64,000 nt of DNA from Gammaproteobacteria bacterium (GCA_965221695.1 OZ244905.1:1792001-1856000), one strand, 5' to 3'; shown: positions 9,316-19,518, counted from the stretch's first letter. The notes: generated from the sequence alone by a model not told the origin. Made by a program: numbers and translations.

Positions 9316-9340
9316 AACCTCTAATCAAGTCAGAGGTTCC
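9316..9340. repeat. Degenerate family-A palindromic element
   Basis: AACCTCTA atcaag TCAGAGGTTCC. Confidence 0.65.
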
Positions 9341-9438
9341 TGCGGCACAGGGTTGTGTCGCCAATATCAATGACAATAAATCATTGATATTGCGAGCACA
9401 ACAAAAATCGCAATTTTGTTGTGCGTGCTCTGATATGG

Positions 9439-9466
9439 AAAAAAAAAGCCGCCCTTTCGGGCGGCT
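9439..9466 (-). terminator. Rho-independent terminator of the phasin gene
   Basis: Minus strand AGCCGCCC-GAAA-GGGCGGCU followed by a long U run. Confidence 0.88.
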
Positions 9467-9526
9467 GACCAACCGCAGGTCCTGGGGGAAGGGAAATCCT
9501 GCGGCAAGGAGGGTTGAGTTGCCAGC

Positions 9527-9910
9527 TTATTTGCTTTGGGGGGCTGCTTTAGTGGCTGTTTGAGAAGCAGTTTTCGCTTTGGTTGCTGCCACGGGCACAT
9601 CCTGCCTGATGGTCTCGGTGACAATCTGCTGCACCTTATCGGTATAGGTGACGCCCAGCTCCATGGCAGCCTGGCTGTCCTTGATAAAACGCTCACCGAG
9701 CGTTTTTACCATTTCCGCCTGTTCGGTGAAGTACTTCTTCAAGCCATCAATATCATTGATGTCGGCAGTAGATTTCAACTGCTCAACACCCAGCCTGGTG
9801 GTGTCATTGATTGACTTGAGCTGGATATCCAGCAGCTTTTCTACATTTTCCAATGCCAAAGCATTGATCTCTTTTACGGGTTCAAAGTATTTTGTGGTTG
9901 GTACATTCAT
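9527..9910 (-). CDS. phaP: Phasin family protein (PHA granule associated)
   Basis: Helical NALALENVEKLLDIQL pattern and Ala/Lys/Thr-rich tail; ATG at 9910 has a GAGGAG RBS. Confidence 0.75.
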   Translation of the reverse strand: MNVPTTKYFEPVKEINALALENVEKLLDIQLKSINDTTRLGVEQLKSTADINDIDGLKKYFTEQAEMVKTLGERFIKDSQAAMELGVTYTDKVQQIVTETIRQDVPVAATKAKTASQTATKAAPQSK

Positions 9911-9935
9911 GGTTGATATCTCCTCGTTTAGTTGA

Positions 9936-9979
9936 ATGTTGCAATGCATCATAAACCAATGTCTTGTGCAATGCAACAA
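9936..9979. promoter_or_regulatory. Two PhaR-type boxes upstream of the phasin
   Basis: ATGTTGCAATGCATCAT (9936-9952) and TTGTGCAATGCAACAA (9964-9979). Confidence 0.55.
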
Positions 9980-10116
9980 AAAAATGCAATTTTTTTAAAA
10001 AAAAACTACATTTTTTTTATAAATCTATATAAAACAAAAAGTTATATAAGAAAAATATTATGTGTTAGGGCTGTTTTCTGGTTCTGAATCCGGTGTTTTA
10101 CCGGATTTTTGGGGTA

Positions 10117-10170
10117 AGTCCGGATATAGCGCAAGTGGATCTGCGCCCAAACTTGCGCTATATATGGGCT
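10117..10170. repeat. Family-B inverted-repeat element (20-bp arms)
   Basis: AGTCCGGATATAGCGCAAGT-N14-ACTTGCGCTATATATGGGCT. Confidence 0.7.
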
Positions 10171-10180
10171 GGAAAGAGTA

Positions 10181-11275
10181 CTAGGATTCCTGTTCAGTTA
10201 CAGGGTCGCGCACCAGGTCTGAGAGGGTCTGGTTGTACAGTTCCGCCTTGGATGCGGATAAAAGATAGGCCCAACCCTGTACCAGGCTGTTGAGGATTTC
10301 AGCTTCCTGTTCGGGTGTCTGTTTGTTTGCTTCCTCCATGCTTGTTTCCGCCGACGCCTCATCAACGGTTTCTGCGCTGACCGGCCGCGCCGCTTGCGCG
10401 CCAAATGAAAATCTTGCGTAGCTTTGTTCCCCGCTTTTCACGACCTCGATCTTAGCCGTCAAACCATCGAATGTAGTCACCTCGATGATGGAATCCGACC
10501 GGGAAAAATCAAAACTATTCTCTTTTCTCACACCTTCCACAAATATATTTTCCAGGATGGATGCCATCCGGCCGATAAGATATTCGGACTCTTGCTCCTT
10601 GCCTTCCGGTATATCCAGCAATGTCAGATCATCTGCGAGTTTATCTCGGTTCAGGACCAGTTCCACCCCGTCCGCAGGCCGTATGCGGACAGCCTTGACA
10701 CGTTCTCCTTCGATATCGATGATATCTCTCTTGATCCAGTCGATGATATCGGCGCTGACCGATAATCTGCCTTCCACCAGCAGTGTCTGTTGCTGATCGG
10801 GAATGCGCACATACAAACCCGGCGCGCTTGCAGCGGATTTGCTACGCCGAGTATTGCCGACTACCAGCTCTGCCAGCACATCGCCATTGCTCGCTAACCT
10901 GAGCAGGTGAGAGGTGGCGCCCTTACTATCGGGGGCTTCCACGCCCAGCCTCTTGTACAGGTCGGGATTATCCGTCTTTTCCGCTATCACCAGAAGATTG
11001 GAGACGGCCAGCGCGATTTGCTTTATCTTGTCTACCAGCGCCGGATAATCGTCAGCCTCGGCAATACTCCAGCTATCCGCCACGCGCCGAATGGTCAGCG
11101 TGGATTGAGCGTCGCGTACCACCAGTTCGCTTATATCATTGATCCGTTCTGCAAACCCCGGGAACAGTGTCGTTTTTTCTCTGTTTGTCTGGGGCGCCCT
11201 TTGCTGGCTGACAAGCGCTGCCGCGACGGCGACAATGACTGTCAGTACTATGATTATCTTATGGCGGTTGTTCAT
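10181..11275 (-). CDS. DUF4340 domain protein
   Basis: N-terminal TM, LFP..., WSIAEADDYPA, YKRLGVEAP, GLYVR; last gene of a Gld-like ABC module. Confidence 0.8.
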   Translation of the reverse strand: MNNRHKIIIVLTVIVAVAAALVSQQRAPQTNREKTTLFPGFAERINDISELVVRDAQSTLTIRRVADSWSIAEADDYPALVDKIKQIALAVSNLLVIAEKTDNPDLYKRLGVEAPDSKGATSHLLRLASNGDVLAELVVGNTRRSKSAASAPGLYVRIPDQQQTLLVEGRLSVSADIIDWIKRDIIDIEGERVKAVRIRPADGVELVLNRDKLADDLTLLDIPEGKEQESEYLIGRMASILENIFVEGVRKENSFDFSRSDSIIEVTTFDGLTAKIEVVKSGEQSYARFSFGAQAARPVSAETVDEASAETSMEEANKQTPEQEAEILNSLVQGWAYLLSASKAELYNQTLSDLVRDPVTEQES

Positions 11276-13137
11276 CAGACTCTGCGGCGCGCCCGTTGTA
11301 TGCCCGCGACCAAAGCGAGCAAAGCTATGATTAACGGTATCAGGCCGATGTTTATAAATTTGAGGTGGGCGCCCAGGCGCTCGATATTTTTTTGCAGTTC
11401 GTGCTGTACTGCGCGCAATTCCTTACGCGTCCTGATTTGCTCGAGCCTGAATTTTTCAATTTCAGCGGCCTGTTCCTCAGTGAGCAACAACGCGTTGTCT
11501 CCTCCTTCCTGTTGCAGTTGGGCAATTTTCTGTTCAGTCTCTTCCAGGCGCGACTGCAACGCCTGTTCCTGTTCGCGGAAGCGGGCCTCAGCATCCCGCT
11601 GTATCTGTTCAACCACGGTGAACGGACGGGAAAATTCTCCGCGGCTGCGCAGGCTGATCAGGTCGGTATTGCCCGACAAATTTTCCAGCGTATTGATGAC
11701 GAAATCGCCATTGTTGGCAATGCTTTGGGGAATCTCAACACCGAAGAAATTCTGCCTTCTGATCCAGAAATGGTCAGCCAGGATGTCGGTGTCTCCGACC
11801 AGAACGACATCCACCCTGCCCTCCTTGATGATATCATCAGCAGAGGCTGTTTGTTCGTTTTCGTCCTCAATCAAGACCCCGTCAGGGTAGGCGCTGGGCA
11901 CATCGCCGCTGATGCGCGCCGCGAGCGTTAACGGAATATTGCCGGATTCGAAGTTAGACAGCATCACGTTGGGGTCGCGCTGGAAGAAAATCAGGTCCCG
12001 TTGCATTCTCATCGAGTCGGCCGTGGTCTGGATCAGCGGCGCAAATTCGACCATTGCGTCCTCTTTTCGGTCGATGATCCCTGCGCTACCCATATGGATC
12101 AGATTCAACTCGCTGGTGCTGAAATCCTGCCGATCAAAGTTGGCTGCCTCCAGCCTTATCCAGGGCAGGTAATTACTCTCCTGCGGACCGCGCGCGCCCT
12201 GAGTCTGCACCCGCATCGCCAGGTTGATGTCCGCGGCGACCTCACTAGCGCTCACTTCCAGACCCCAACCTTGCAACATTTCATTCAGGTTGGAAGACAG
12301 ATCCGGCATGACATACGGGTTTGCCGGATCCGGTTCGGCGTTGTCCCCTTCCGCCAGTGGATCAACAAACAGCATGGCATGACCACCTCGCAGCAGATAC
12401 TGATCTATGGCAAATAGCGCCTGTTCGGTAAAGCCCTTGGGATGGACAACCATCAATACATCGACATCTTCATCGATGGAGTCGGCGGTTGCGCCGAGGT
12501 TGCGCACATCAAAGAACTCCTCCATCACGTCGATGATAGCCCACCGCTGCTGTATGCCTCGCACAGGGTCGCCGAATAGCGGCAACCCGGACATTACACC
12601 GATAACCCGTTTGTTCGGGTTGGCGAGGTTATAGATCAGCTTGGTTATATCGTATTCCAGCGCGTCTTCCCGGCTAGCCTGAAAAAACGGAATGATTGCC
12701 TCATCATCCGTAGAGTTGACGCCTACCAGGCCAAAATAGGCAAGATCGCCCGCAGCCGAGACAGAGATGCCATTCAAACCACTGGCAACGGCTTGGTCCT
12801 CTTCCTCCGAAAACGGTTCTGGCTCAATGACGGACAGTTCGATCTTGCCGCCGGATTTTGCCGCGTACTCTTCCAGCAGGTCGCGTACCCGGTTGGCGTA
12901 ATTGACCAGTTGCGGAAAGTCAGCCATGGTCTTGCGGGATACGTACAAATCCAGGGAAACAGGCTCATCCAGGGAGGTGATAATGTTAATGGAACCCGGT
13001 GACAGGGTGAACAGCTTATTCTCAGTCAGGTCAAGCCGAACCCCGGTAAACAGGTTGTTGCTGATGGTAATCAGCGACACCGCCAGAACTGCCGCCAACA
13101 GGATGCCCGAGCCTGATAAAAGACGTTTATACCTCAT
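11275..13137 (-). CDS. GldG-family ABC auxiliary component
   Basis: RLDLTENKLFTLSPGS, LEYDITKLI, VLMVVHPK, AIDQYLLRGG..FVDP, C-terminal coiled coil and TM. Confidence 0.88.
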   Translation of the reverse strand: MRYKRLLSGSGILLAAVLAVSLITISNNLFTGVRLDLTENKLFTLSPGSINIITSLDEPVSLDLYVSRKTMADFPQLVNYANRVRDLLEEYAAKSGGKIELSVIEPEPFSEEEDQAVASGLNGISVSAAGDLAYFGLVGVNSTDDEAIIPFFQASREDALEYDITKLIYNLANPNKRVIGVMSGLPLFGDPVRGIQQRWAIIDVMEEFFDVRNLGATADSIDEDVDVLMVVHPKGFTEQALFAIDQYLLRGGHAMLFVDPLAEGDNAEPDPANPYVMPDLSSNLNEMLQGWGLEVSASEVAADINLAMRVQTQGARGPQESNYLPWIRLEAANFDRQDFSTSELNLIHMGSAGIIDRKEDAMVEFAPLIQTTADSMRMQRDLIFFQRDPNVMLSNFESGNIPLTLAARISGDVPSAYPDGVLIEDENEQTASADDIIKEGRVDVVLVGDTDILADHFWIRRQNFFGVEIPQSIANNGDFVINTLENLSGNTDLISLRSRGEFSRPFTVVEQIQRDAEARFREQEQALQSRLEETEQKIAQLQQEGGDNALLLTEEQAAEIEKFRLEQIRTRKELRAVQHELQKNIERLGAHLKFINIGLIPLIIALLALVAGIQRARRRV

Positions 13138-13146
13138 GTCCGATAC

Positions 13147-13884
13147 TCAGTTGGCCTTGCGGGAATCGATAACCACGACATTGGCATACAACCAAAAAGC
13201 GATCAGCGTGAGGTAATACACCAGATCGCGCAGATCGATCACGCCTTTGTTGATGGAATCGAAGTGGGTAAGAAAACTGAGCGACGAGATTACGTCCACC
13301 AGGGCCTGAGGCGCCCAGCCCTGGAAAAAATCCAGCACCAGCGGAAAGCCGCTCAGAATGAACAGAAAACAAATGACGACACTGATCACAAAGGCAATGA
13401 CCTGGCTTTTTGACAGAGCTGATATACAAGAACCGATGGCGAGGAAGCCCCCGGCCATGAGCAGGCTGCCGAGGTAGCCGGCCAGGATAACGGTGTTGTC
13501 CGGGTCGCCGAGGTAATTTACGGTGATCCACATCGGGAAGGTCAGCGTCAGGGCTATTGCGGTAAAACACCAGGCGGCCAGGAACTTACCAAGCACGGCA
13601 TCCGTGACCGAAATGGGCAAGGTCATAAGCAGTTCAATGGTGCCGGTCTTGCGTTCTTCGGACCACAGACGCATGGAAATAGCCGGTATCAGAAACAGGT
13701 AAAGCCAGGGGTGAAACCGGAAAAACGGTTCCAGATCTGCCTGGCCCCGTTCGTAAAACGCGCCCAGATAGAAACTGAAAATGCCAGTCAGAAACAGGAA
13801 TATAATAATGAAGACATAGGCAACAGGGGTATGGAAATACCCATATAGTTCCCGCTTCAATACGGCTTTGACGCTGTTGTTCAT
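13147..13884 (-). CDS. GldF-like ABC-2 permease
   Basis: RELYGYFHTPVAYVF, MRLWSEERKTGTIELLMTLP. Confidence 0.9.
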   Translation of the reverse strand: MNNSVKAVLKRELYGYFHTPVAYVFIIIFLFLTGIFSFYLGAFYERGQADLEPFFRFHPWLYLFLIPAISMRLWSEERKTGTIELLMTLPISVTDAVLGKFLAAWCFTAIALTLTFPMWITVNYLGDPDNTVILAGYLGSLLMAGGFLAIGSCISALSKSQVIAFVISVVICFLFILSGFPLVLDFFQGWAPQALVDVISSLSFLTHFDSINKGVIDLRDLVYYLTLIAFWLYANVVVIDSRKAN

Positions 13885-14651
13885 GACTGACCCGCTTGTC
13901 CCTGGTTTGTGTAGAACCGGCTGGTTATTGCGCGGAACGCATCGTCGTAGTCTTGCTGTTCGGACTGCGCGCGTAATTCGGCCGGCGTGCCATCAAACAG
14001 GATCTGGCCATCAGCGATTATAATCGCCCTACTGCATACGGCATCGACTTCCTCAAGGATATGGGTGGAGATCACGATCGCCTTGTTCTCAGCCATTTCC
14101 TTGATCAAACTCCTGACTTCGTGTTTCTGGTTAGGGTCCAATCCATCCGTGGGTTCGTCCATGATCAGCACATCCGGGTCGTGTAATAGAGCTTGCGCCA
14201 CGCCAACGCGGCGTTTGTAACCCTTGGACAAGGTTTCCACAGTCTGTTCCAGAACATTATCGAGGTGCACAAGGTCGACAACTCTGCTGATCCGCTGTTG
14301 TTTTTCCGCGCCGTTATAACCGCGTATCTCGGCCACGAACTCCAGAAACCGAATGACTGTCATTTCGCCATAAGCCGGGGCGCCTTCCGGCAAGTATCCG
14401 ATGCATGACTTTACGCTGATCGGGGAAGTCCTGACGTCGTGTCCGTTAACCAACGCGGTCCCGTCAGTCGGTTCGAGAAACCCGGTAATCATCTTCATGG
14501 TGGTTGACTTGCCGGCGCCGTTGGGCCCCAGGAAGCCCAATACCTCGCCATGGCGTACGGAAAAGGAAACATTCCGCACCGCATGAATGGGTCCGAAGCG
14601 CTTATCCAGTCCTTTGACCTCGATTGCCGGCGGCTTGTTATCAACTGTCAT
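13881..14651 (-). CDS. GldA-like ABC ATP-binding protein
   Basis: GPNGAGKST, LSKGYKRR, LIMDEPTDGLDP. Confidence 0.92.
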   Translation of the reverse strand: MTVDNKPPAIEVKGLDKRFGPIHAVRNVSFSVRHGEVLGFLGPNGAGKSTTMKMITGFLEPTDGTALVNGHDVRTSPISVKSCIGYLPEGAPAYGEMTVIRFLEFVAEIRGYNGAEKQQRISRVVDLVHLDNVLEQTVETLSKGYKRRVGVAQALLHDPDVLIMDEPTDGLDPNQKHEVRSLIKEMAENKAIVISTHILEEVDAVCSRAIIIADGQILFDGTPAELRAQSEQQDYDDAFRAITSRFYTNQGQAGQS

Positions 14652-14845
14652 AATCAATATTGAGTTGCTTCATTCAAATTAAGGTAGCCCTGCATAAATC
14701 AGGGATTCCTTAAAGGGAGTTAATGCCTATCAGGGAGAACACCTTTAAAGCAGCGTATTTTCCATATTTTTCAGTGTTCGTCAATACTCTGCGTCAGGAC
14801 GCCCAGGGTAAACGCATACTTTTTTTGCTGTGTAAATTGTACTGA

Positions 14846-15712
14846 TCAGGAGGAACTTGGCCGTTTCAAGCGGTATAGAGCTGAGATATCTTCATCGCCA
14901 TAGCCCTGTTCCATCAGTTGTTCATAATGTTTGAGGGTCATATCTACCAGCGGCAGTGAAAACCGGTCCAGTTCCTGAGTCATACCTTTGCAGATGGTCA
15001 GGTCCTTGTGGTGCAGGTTCAGTTTGAACCCGGTCGCGTTGTCATTCACCAGCATGGTCTTGCCGCGATGGTCCAGGAACCAGTTGCCCGCGGCCCCTTT
15101 CGCAACAACATCCACCACCTTGTTCATATCCAGCCCCATGGCCTCGCCGAAGGCCAACGCCTCGGTCACAGCCTGGTTGACACCGGCGCACATGATTTGA
15201 TTCACTGCCTTGCAGGCCTGGCCGCTGCCGGTGGGTCCTATCAGCGTAATGGTTGCGGCGATTGAACGAAGCGTGCCCTCAGCCCGGGCCAACGCCGCGC
15301 CATCACCGCCAACCATCATTGCCAGGGTACCGTTTTTTGCGCCTTCCACTCCACCAGATACGGGACAGTCCAGGAAAGCTAAGCCGTTTTTTGCCAATTC
15401 TGCCGCAGCCTGCTTTGCAGTAGCGCTGCTGACAGTGGATGTATCCACGACAATGGCGCCGGTTTTTGCGCTCGATGCAACCTGCCCAATCATTTCCAGA
15501 ACGTCCGTATCCCGGGACACGCACAAGAGTATAAGTTCGCACTTTGCAGCTAACTCAGCGGGCGATTGAAACCGGATTACGCCGGTTTTCCGCGCCATGT
15601 TCTGCGCTTTGCTCCGGGTGCGGTTCCAGACACCATGCAGATGGCCTGCCTTATGCAGGTTCATCGCCATGCCGCTACCCATTGCGCCCAAGCCAATTAC
15701 TCCGGTTTTCAT
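14846..15712 (-). CDS. NAD(P)-dependent beta-hydroxyacid dehydrogenase (3-hydroxyisobutyrate/tartronate semialdehyde family)
   Basis: GLGAMG, FLDCPVSGG, KAVNQ. Confidence 0.9.
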   Translation of the reverse strand: MKTGVIGLGAMGSGMAMNLHKAGHLHGVWNRTRSKAQNMARKTGVIRFQSPAELAAKCELILLCVSRDTDVLEMIGQVASSAKTGAIVVDTSTVSSATAKQAAAELAKNGLAFLDCPVSGGVEGAKNGTLAMMVGGDGAALARAEGTLRSIAATITLIGPTGSGQACKAVNQIMCAGVNQAVTEALAFGEAMGLDMNKVVDVVAKGAAGNWFLDHRGKTMLVNDNATGFKLNLHHKDLTICKGMTQELDRFSLPLVDMTLKHYEQLMEQGYGDEDISALYRLKRPSSS

Positions 15713-15768
15713 TCAATAACCCTCCAGGCTTCGTGTTTGCTTTTGCCCACGCTCGACATCTATCGCCT

Positions 15769-18700
15769 TCACTCAATCACGACCAGCAGGTCGCCGCTAT
15801 CAACCACATGGTTGGGGCTGACCACCACCCGTTTGACGATGCCGTTTTTACCGGCTGGGATGGCGGACTGCATTTTCATAGCTTCCAACACGACCAGCGT
15901 ATCGCCCCGTCTGACGCGCTGCCCGACAGACACCTCCAGCGTCACGACCAGTCCGGGCATGGGCGCGGCAAGATGGCTTGGGTCGGCGGGGTCCGCTTTC
16001 TCATTCTGGTGTATTTCATGGCTCAGGTTGTTATCCCTGACGATCACTGTCTGGGGCTGGCCATTCAGCTCAAAAAAGACCCGGCGCATTCCCTCATCAT
16101 CGGGCTCCGATGTTGCCAGGTAATGGACAATTGCCTGCCGATTATCCTCAAAAGTCAACACCGTCTCGTCGCCGCTTTGCAGGCCATAGAAAAAAATATG
16201 GGTCGGCAAAATACTGACATCGCCGTATTTGCGTTCCATTTCAGCATAATCCATGAAGACATTCGGGTACATCAGGTAGGACGCAAGATCGAAATCGGAC
16301 ACTTCCCCTTTGAGTTGCGCCGCAAGGTTTTCTCTGGCCTGCTCCAGGTCGGCGGGCGGTAAAGAGGCGCCCGGTCGTCCCTGAAGAGGCGTTTCGCCGT
16401 TCAGCGCTTTTGCCTGTAATGTCTGCGGAAACCCGCCAACGGGTTGTCCCATCTCCCCTCGAAAAAACTGGACTACCGAGTCCGGGAAGGCAATTTTCTG
16501 CTTGGGATCGAGAATATCCTGTTTCGTCAAACCCGCGCTTACCATTGCCAGGGCCATATCGCCGACTACCTTCGAAGTCGGCGTTACCTTGACGATATCG
16601 CCGAACAGTTCGTTAACATCCGCATAGGCCCGGGCGATTTCCGGCCAGCGTCGGTCGATACCGAGAGCGCGCGCCTGTTCTCTCAGGTTGGTGTACTGGC
16701 CACCGGGCATTTCGTGCGCGTACACTTCCGAGGCGCCTGACCTGAGATCAGGCTCGAAGGCGCGATACTGTTCCCTTGCTTCTTCCCAATAGCGGCTGAT
16801 CACATGGATCGCTTCCCGGTCCAGTCGGGCGCTCCTGTCGGTATGCTCCAGGGATGCGACAATTGATCCCAGGTTCGGTTGCGAAGTCAGTCCGCTCATA
16901 CTGTCGATGGCCGCGTCGACAATATCGACTCCAGCTTCCACTGCCGCCAGCACGGTTGCGGCGGCGATGCCGCTGGTATCATGGGTATGCAAGTGAATCG
17001 GGAGGTCTGTTTCCTGCTTCAGCGCGGTAATCAGCAGCCTTGCCGCGCCCGGTTTCAACAGGCCGGCCATGTCTTTTATACCCAGGATATGCGCGCCCAT
17101 TGCCTGGTATTGGCAGGCCAGGTCCAGGTAATAGTCCAGGGTATACTTCTGTTTCCCGGGGTCCTGTATGTCGCCCGTATAACAGATTGCAGCCTCAATG
17201 ATTTTCCCGGTTTCCCCGACCGCATCCACCGCAATGCGCATGTTTTCCGGCCAATTGAGACTGTCGAAGATCCGGAATACGTCAATGCCTGCAATGGCCG
17301 CCTGGTTCACAAAAAATCGGACCACATTGTCCGGATAGCTTTTGTAGCCCACTGCGTTCGAGGCGCGCAGCAACATCTGCTGCATGATATTGGGCATGGC
17401 TGAACTTAAATCGAACAGTCTTTGCCACGGGTCCTCGTGCAGAAATCGTAGCGCCACATCGAATGTGGCGCCGCCCCAGGACTCCACGGAAAACAGTTCT
17501 GACATGTTGCGCCTGTAGAATGGCGCGATCGCGACCAGGTCTTTTGTTCTGAACCGGGTCGCCAGCAACGACTGGTGCGCGTCGCGAAACGTGGTATCGG
17601 TCACCAGGGTCGTGGACTGTTCCCGGATCCAGTCAACCAGGCCTTTTGCCCCGTTTTCCTCAAATATTGCCTTCGGCCCGGTTGCTGGTGGTTGGCCGGC
17701 GCATACCGGTGTCACCGGTTCACGCAAGGATATCGGGACCGGCCTGTCCTTCACGTCATTGTTGCCGTTCACGATCACATCGGCAATAAATCTCAGCAAT
17801 CGCTCGACCTGGCCTTGTCCCTTGCTGGATTCAAACAATTCGGGACTTTCGTCGATAAAACGCGTGTTGTAATTGCCGGACCGGAAACCCGGGTGGGTAA
17901 GAAGCTGTAATAAAAACGGCAGGTTGGTAGCCACGCCGCGCACCCGAAACTCCATCAGCGCTCGCCTCATCCGGTTGATACTCTCTTCGCCGTCACTGCC
18001 GCGCGCAGTGACCTTGACCAGCAGGCTGTCATATGCCCGAGATATCCAGGCCCCAGTATAGGCGGCGCCACCGTCGAGACGTATCCCGGGCCCGGCGGGA
18101 CTCCGGTAAGCGATGATATTGCCGTAATCCGGTATGAAGTTGTTGTTCGGATCCTCGGCGGTTACGCGGCATTGAATAGCTGTGCCGTTGATGCGAATAT
18201 CGGATTGGCGAGGAACCATGGAACCGGAGCGGCCAATCTGTTCTCCTTGCGCAATCCTAATTTGCGCCTTGACGATATCAATGCCTGTTATCTCTTCTGT
18301 TACCGTATGTTCGACCTGGACCCTGGGGTTAACCTCAATGAAGTAAAATGTCTGGTCGCTCTTATTGTACAGAAACTCAACGGTTGCCGCATTGTTCACG
18401 CCGGCTTTGCGGGCCAGCTTGACTGCAGCCCGGCAGATTTCTGCGCGCTTTTTTTGTTCAAGATAAATGGCCGGCGCGCGCTCAATGACTTTTTGATGGC
18501 GGCGTTGTAATGAGCAATCACGCTCGTATAAATGCACGACATTGCCGTGATGGTCGCCCAGTATCTGCACCTCGATATGCAGCGCGTCCTCAACCAGTTT
18601 TTCAAAAAATACTTCCCCGTTGCCGAATGAGGTCTTTGCTTCCTGGCGCGCGCGCTTTACCGTGTCATGCAATCCCTGCAAATCCCGCACTATCCTCATG

Positions 18701-19221
18701 CCGCGTCCGCCGCCGCCCCAACTGGCCTTCAACATCAAAGGGAAACCGATGGACCTGGCTATATGTTCAGTCTCTGGTTCATCATCCGGCAACGGTCCTG
18801 AGGCGGGCATTACCGGAATGCCGGCCCGAGCCGCCAGTTCCCGCGCGGCCACCTTGTTGCCCAGTTCCCGTAGCACATCTGCCCGAGGACCGATAAATTG
18901 TACCCCCTGCCGTTCACATTGCTCGGCAAAATCAGCGTTTTCGGACAAAAAGCCGTAACCCGGATGCAGCGCGTCACACTCCGCATCAAGCGCTACACGC
19001 AGGATATCCGCGCCGTTCAGATACGCCTCTACAGGACCGGCGCCCAGTCCCACCTGATAAGACTGATCAGGCTTGAACCGGTGTAAAGACAAGCGATCTT
19101 CCTCGGAGAAGATACCAACCGTGCCGATACCCAACTCTTTCGCCGCGCGCACGACCCGCACCGCGATCTCACCCCGGTTGGCGACCAGTATGCGTTTGAT
19201 TGGATTTCTGTACTCGGACAC
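15769..19221 (-). CDS. pyc: Pyruvate carboxylase, single-chain (BC-CT-BCCP)
   Basis: LVANRGEIA, ERDCSLQRRHQK, DTTFRDAHQSLLATR, HLHTHDT, EAMKM biotin site; GTG start. Confidence 0.96.
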   Translation of the reverse strand: MSEYRNPIKRILVANRGEIAVRVVRAAKELGIGTVGIFSEEDRLSLHRFKPDQSYQVGLGAGPVEAYLNGADILRVALDAECDALHPGYGFLSENADFAEQCERQGVQFIGPRADVLRELGNKVAARELAARAGIPVMPASGPLPDDEPETEHIARSIGFPLMLKASWGGGGRGMRIVRDLQGLHDTVKRARQEAKTSFGNGEVFFEKLVEDALHIEVQILGDHHGNVVHLYERDCSLQRRHQKVIERAPAIYLEQKKRAEICRAAVKLARKAGVNNAATVEFLYNKSDQTFYFIEVNPRVQVEHTVTEEITGIDIVKAQIRIAQGEQIGRSGSMVPRQSDIRINGTAIQCRVTAEDPNNNFIPDYGNIIAYRSPAGPGIRLDGGAAYTGAWISRAYDSLLVKVTARGSDGEESINRMRRALMEFRVRGVATNLPFLLQLLTHPGFRSGNYNTRFIDESPELFESSKGQGQVERLLRFIADVIVNGNNDVKDRPVPISLREPVTPVCAGQPPATGPKAIFEENGAKGLVDWIREQSTTLVTDTTFRDAHQSLLATRFRTKDLVAIAPFYRRNMSELFSVESWGGATFDVALRFLHEDPWQRLFDLSSAMPNIMQQMLLRASNAVGYKSYPDNVVRFFVNQAAIAGIDVFRIFDSLNWPENMRIAVDAVGETGKIIEAAICYTGDIQDPGKQKYTLDYYLDLACQYQAMGAHILGIKDMAGLLKPGAARLLITALKQETDLPIHLHTHDTSGIAAATVLAAVEAGVDIVDAAIDSMSGLTSQPNLGSIVASLEHTDRSARLDREAIHVISRYWEEAREQYRAFEPDLRSGASEVYAHEMPGGQYTNLREQARALGIDRRWPEIARAYADVNELFGDIVKVTPTSKVVGDMALAMVSAGLTKQDILDPKQKIAFPDSVVQFFRGEMGQPVGGFPQTLQAKALNGETPLQGRPGASLPPADLEQARENLAAQLKGEVSDFDLASYLMYPNVFMDYAEMERKYGDVSILPTHIFFYGLQSGDETVLTFEDNRQAIVHYLATSEPDDEGMRRVFFELNGQPQTVIVRDNNLSHEIHQNEKADPADPSHLAAPMPGLVVTLEVSVGQRVRRGDTLVVLEAMKMQSAIPAGKNGIVKRVVVSPNHVVDSGDLLVVIE

Positions 19222-19518
19222 GCGCTAAAATTTCACGGCAAAAAAGAATGCCTATCTTAGCGCAGTATCAGGTCAAAGCAATACGGGAAGCGCAAGCGCT
19301 GTGACCGCGCCGCTCTTGCGGAACAGGCAAATACAGTCCTTAGATGATGCAGACGAAATTATTGAGCGCAGTTCCACTCCCATGGAAAATATTGAAAAAA
19401 CTTGATATTTCCAGTTTAGGTATTATGGTTAAAGTATATTTCTTGCAATTTGCTCGTTTCGGATAAAAACATTCTTTCAGCAGTTAATTTTACTTGATTA
19501 TTTGGGGTAGGAATAACG

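Noticed and set aside
11275-14651. Gliding motility system
   Set aside because: Only the generic GldAFG-like ABC module is present, with no other gliding or T9SS genes in the window.
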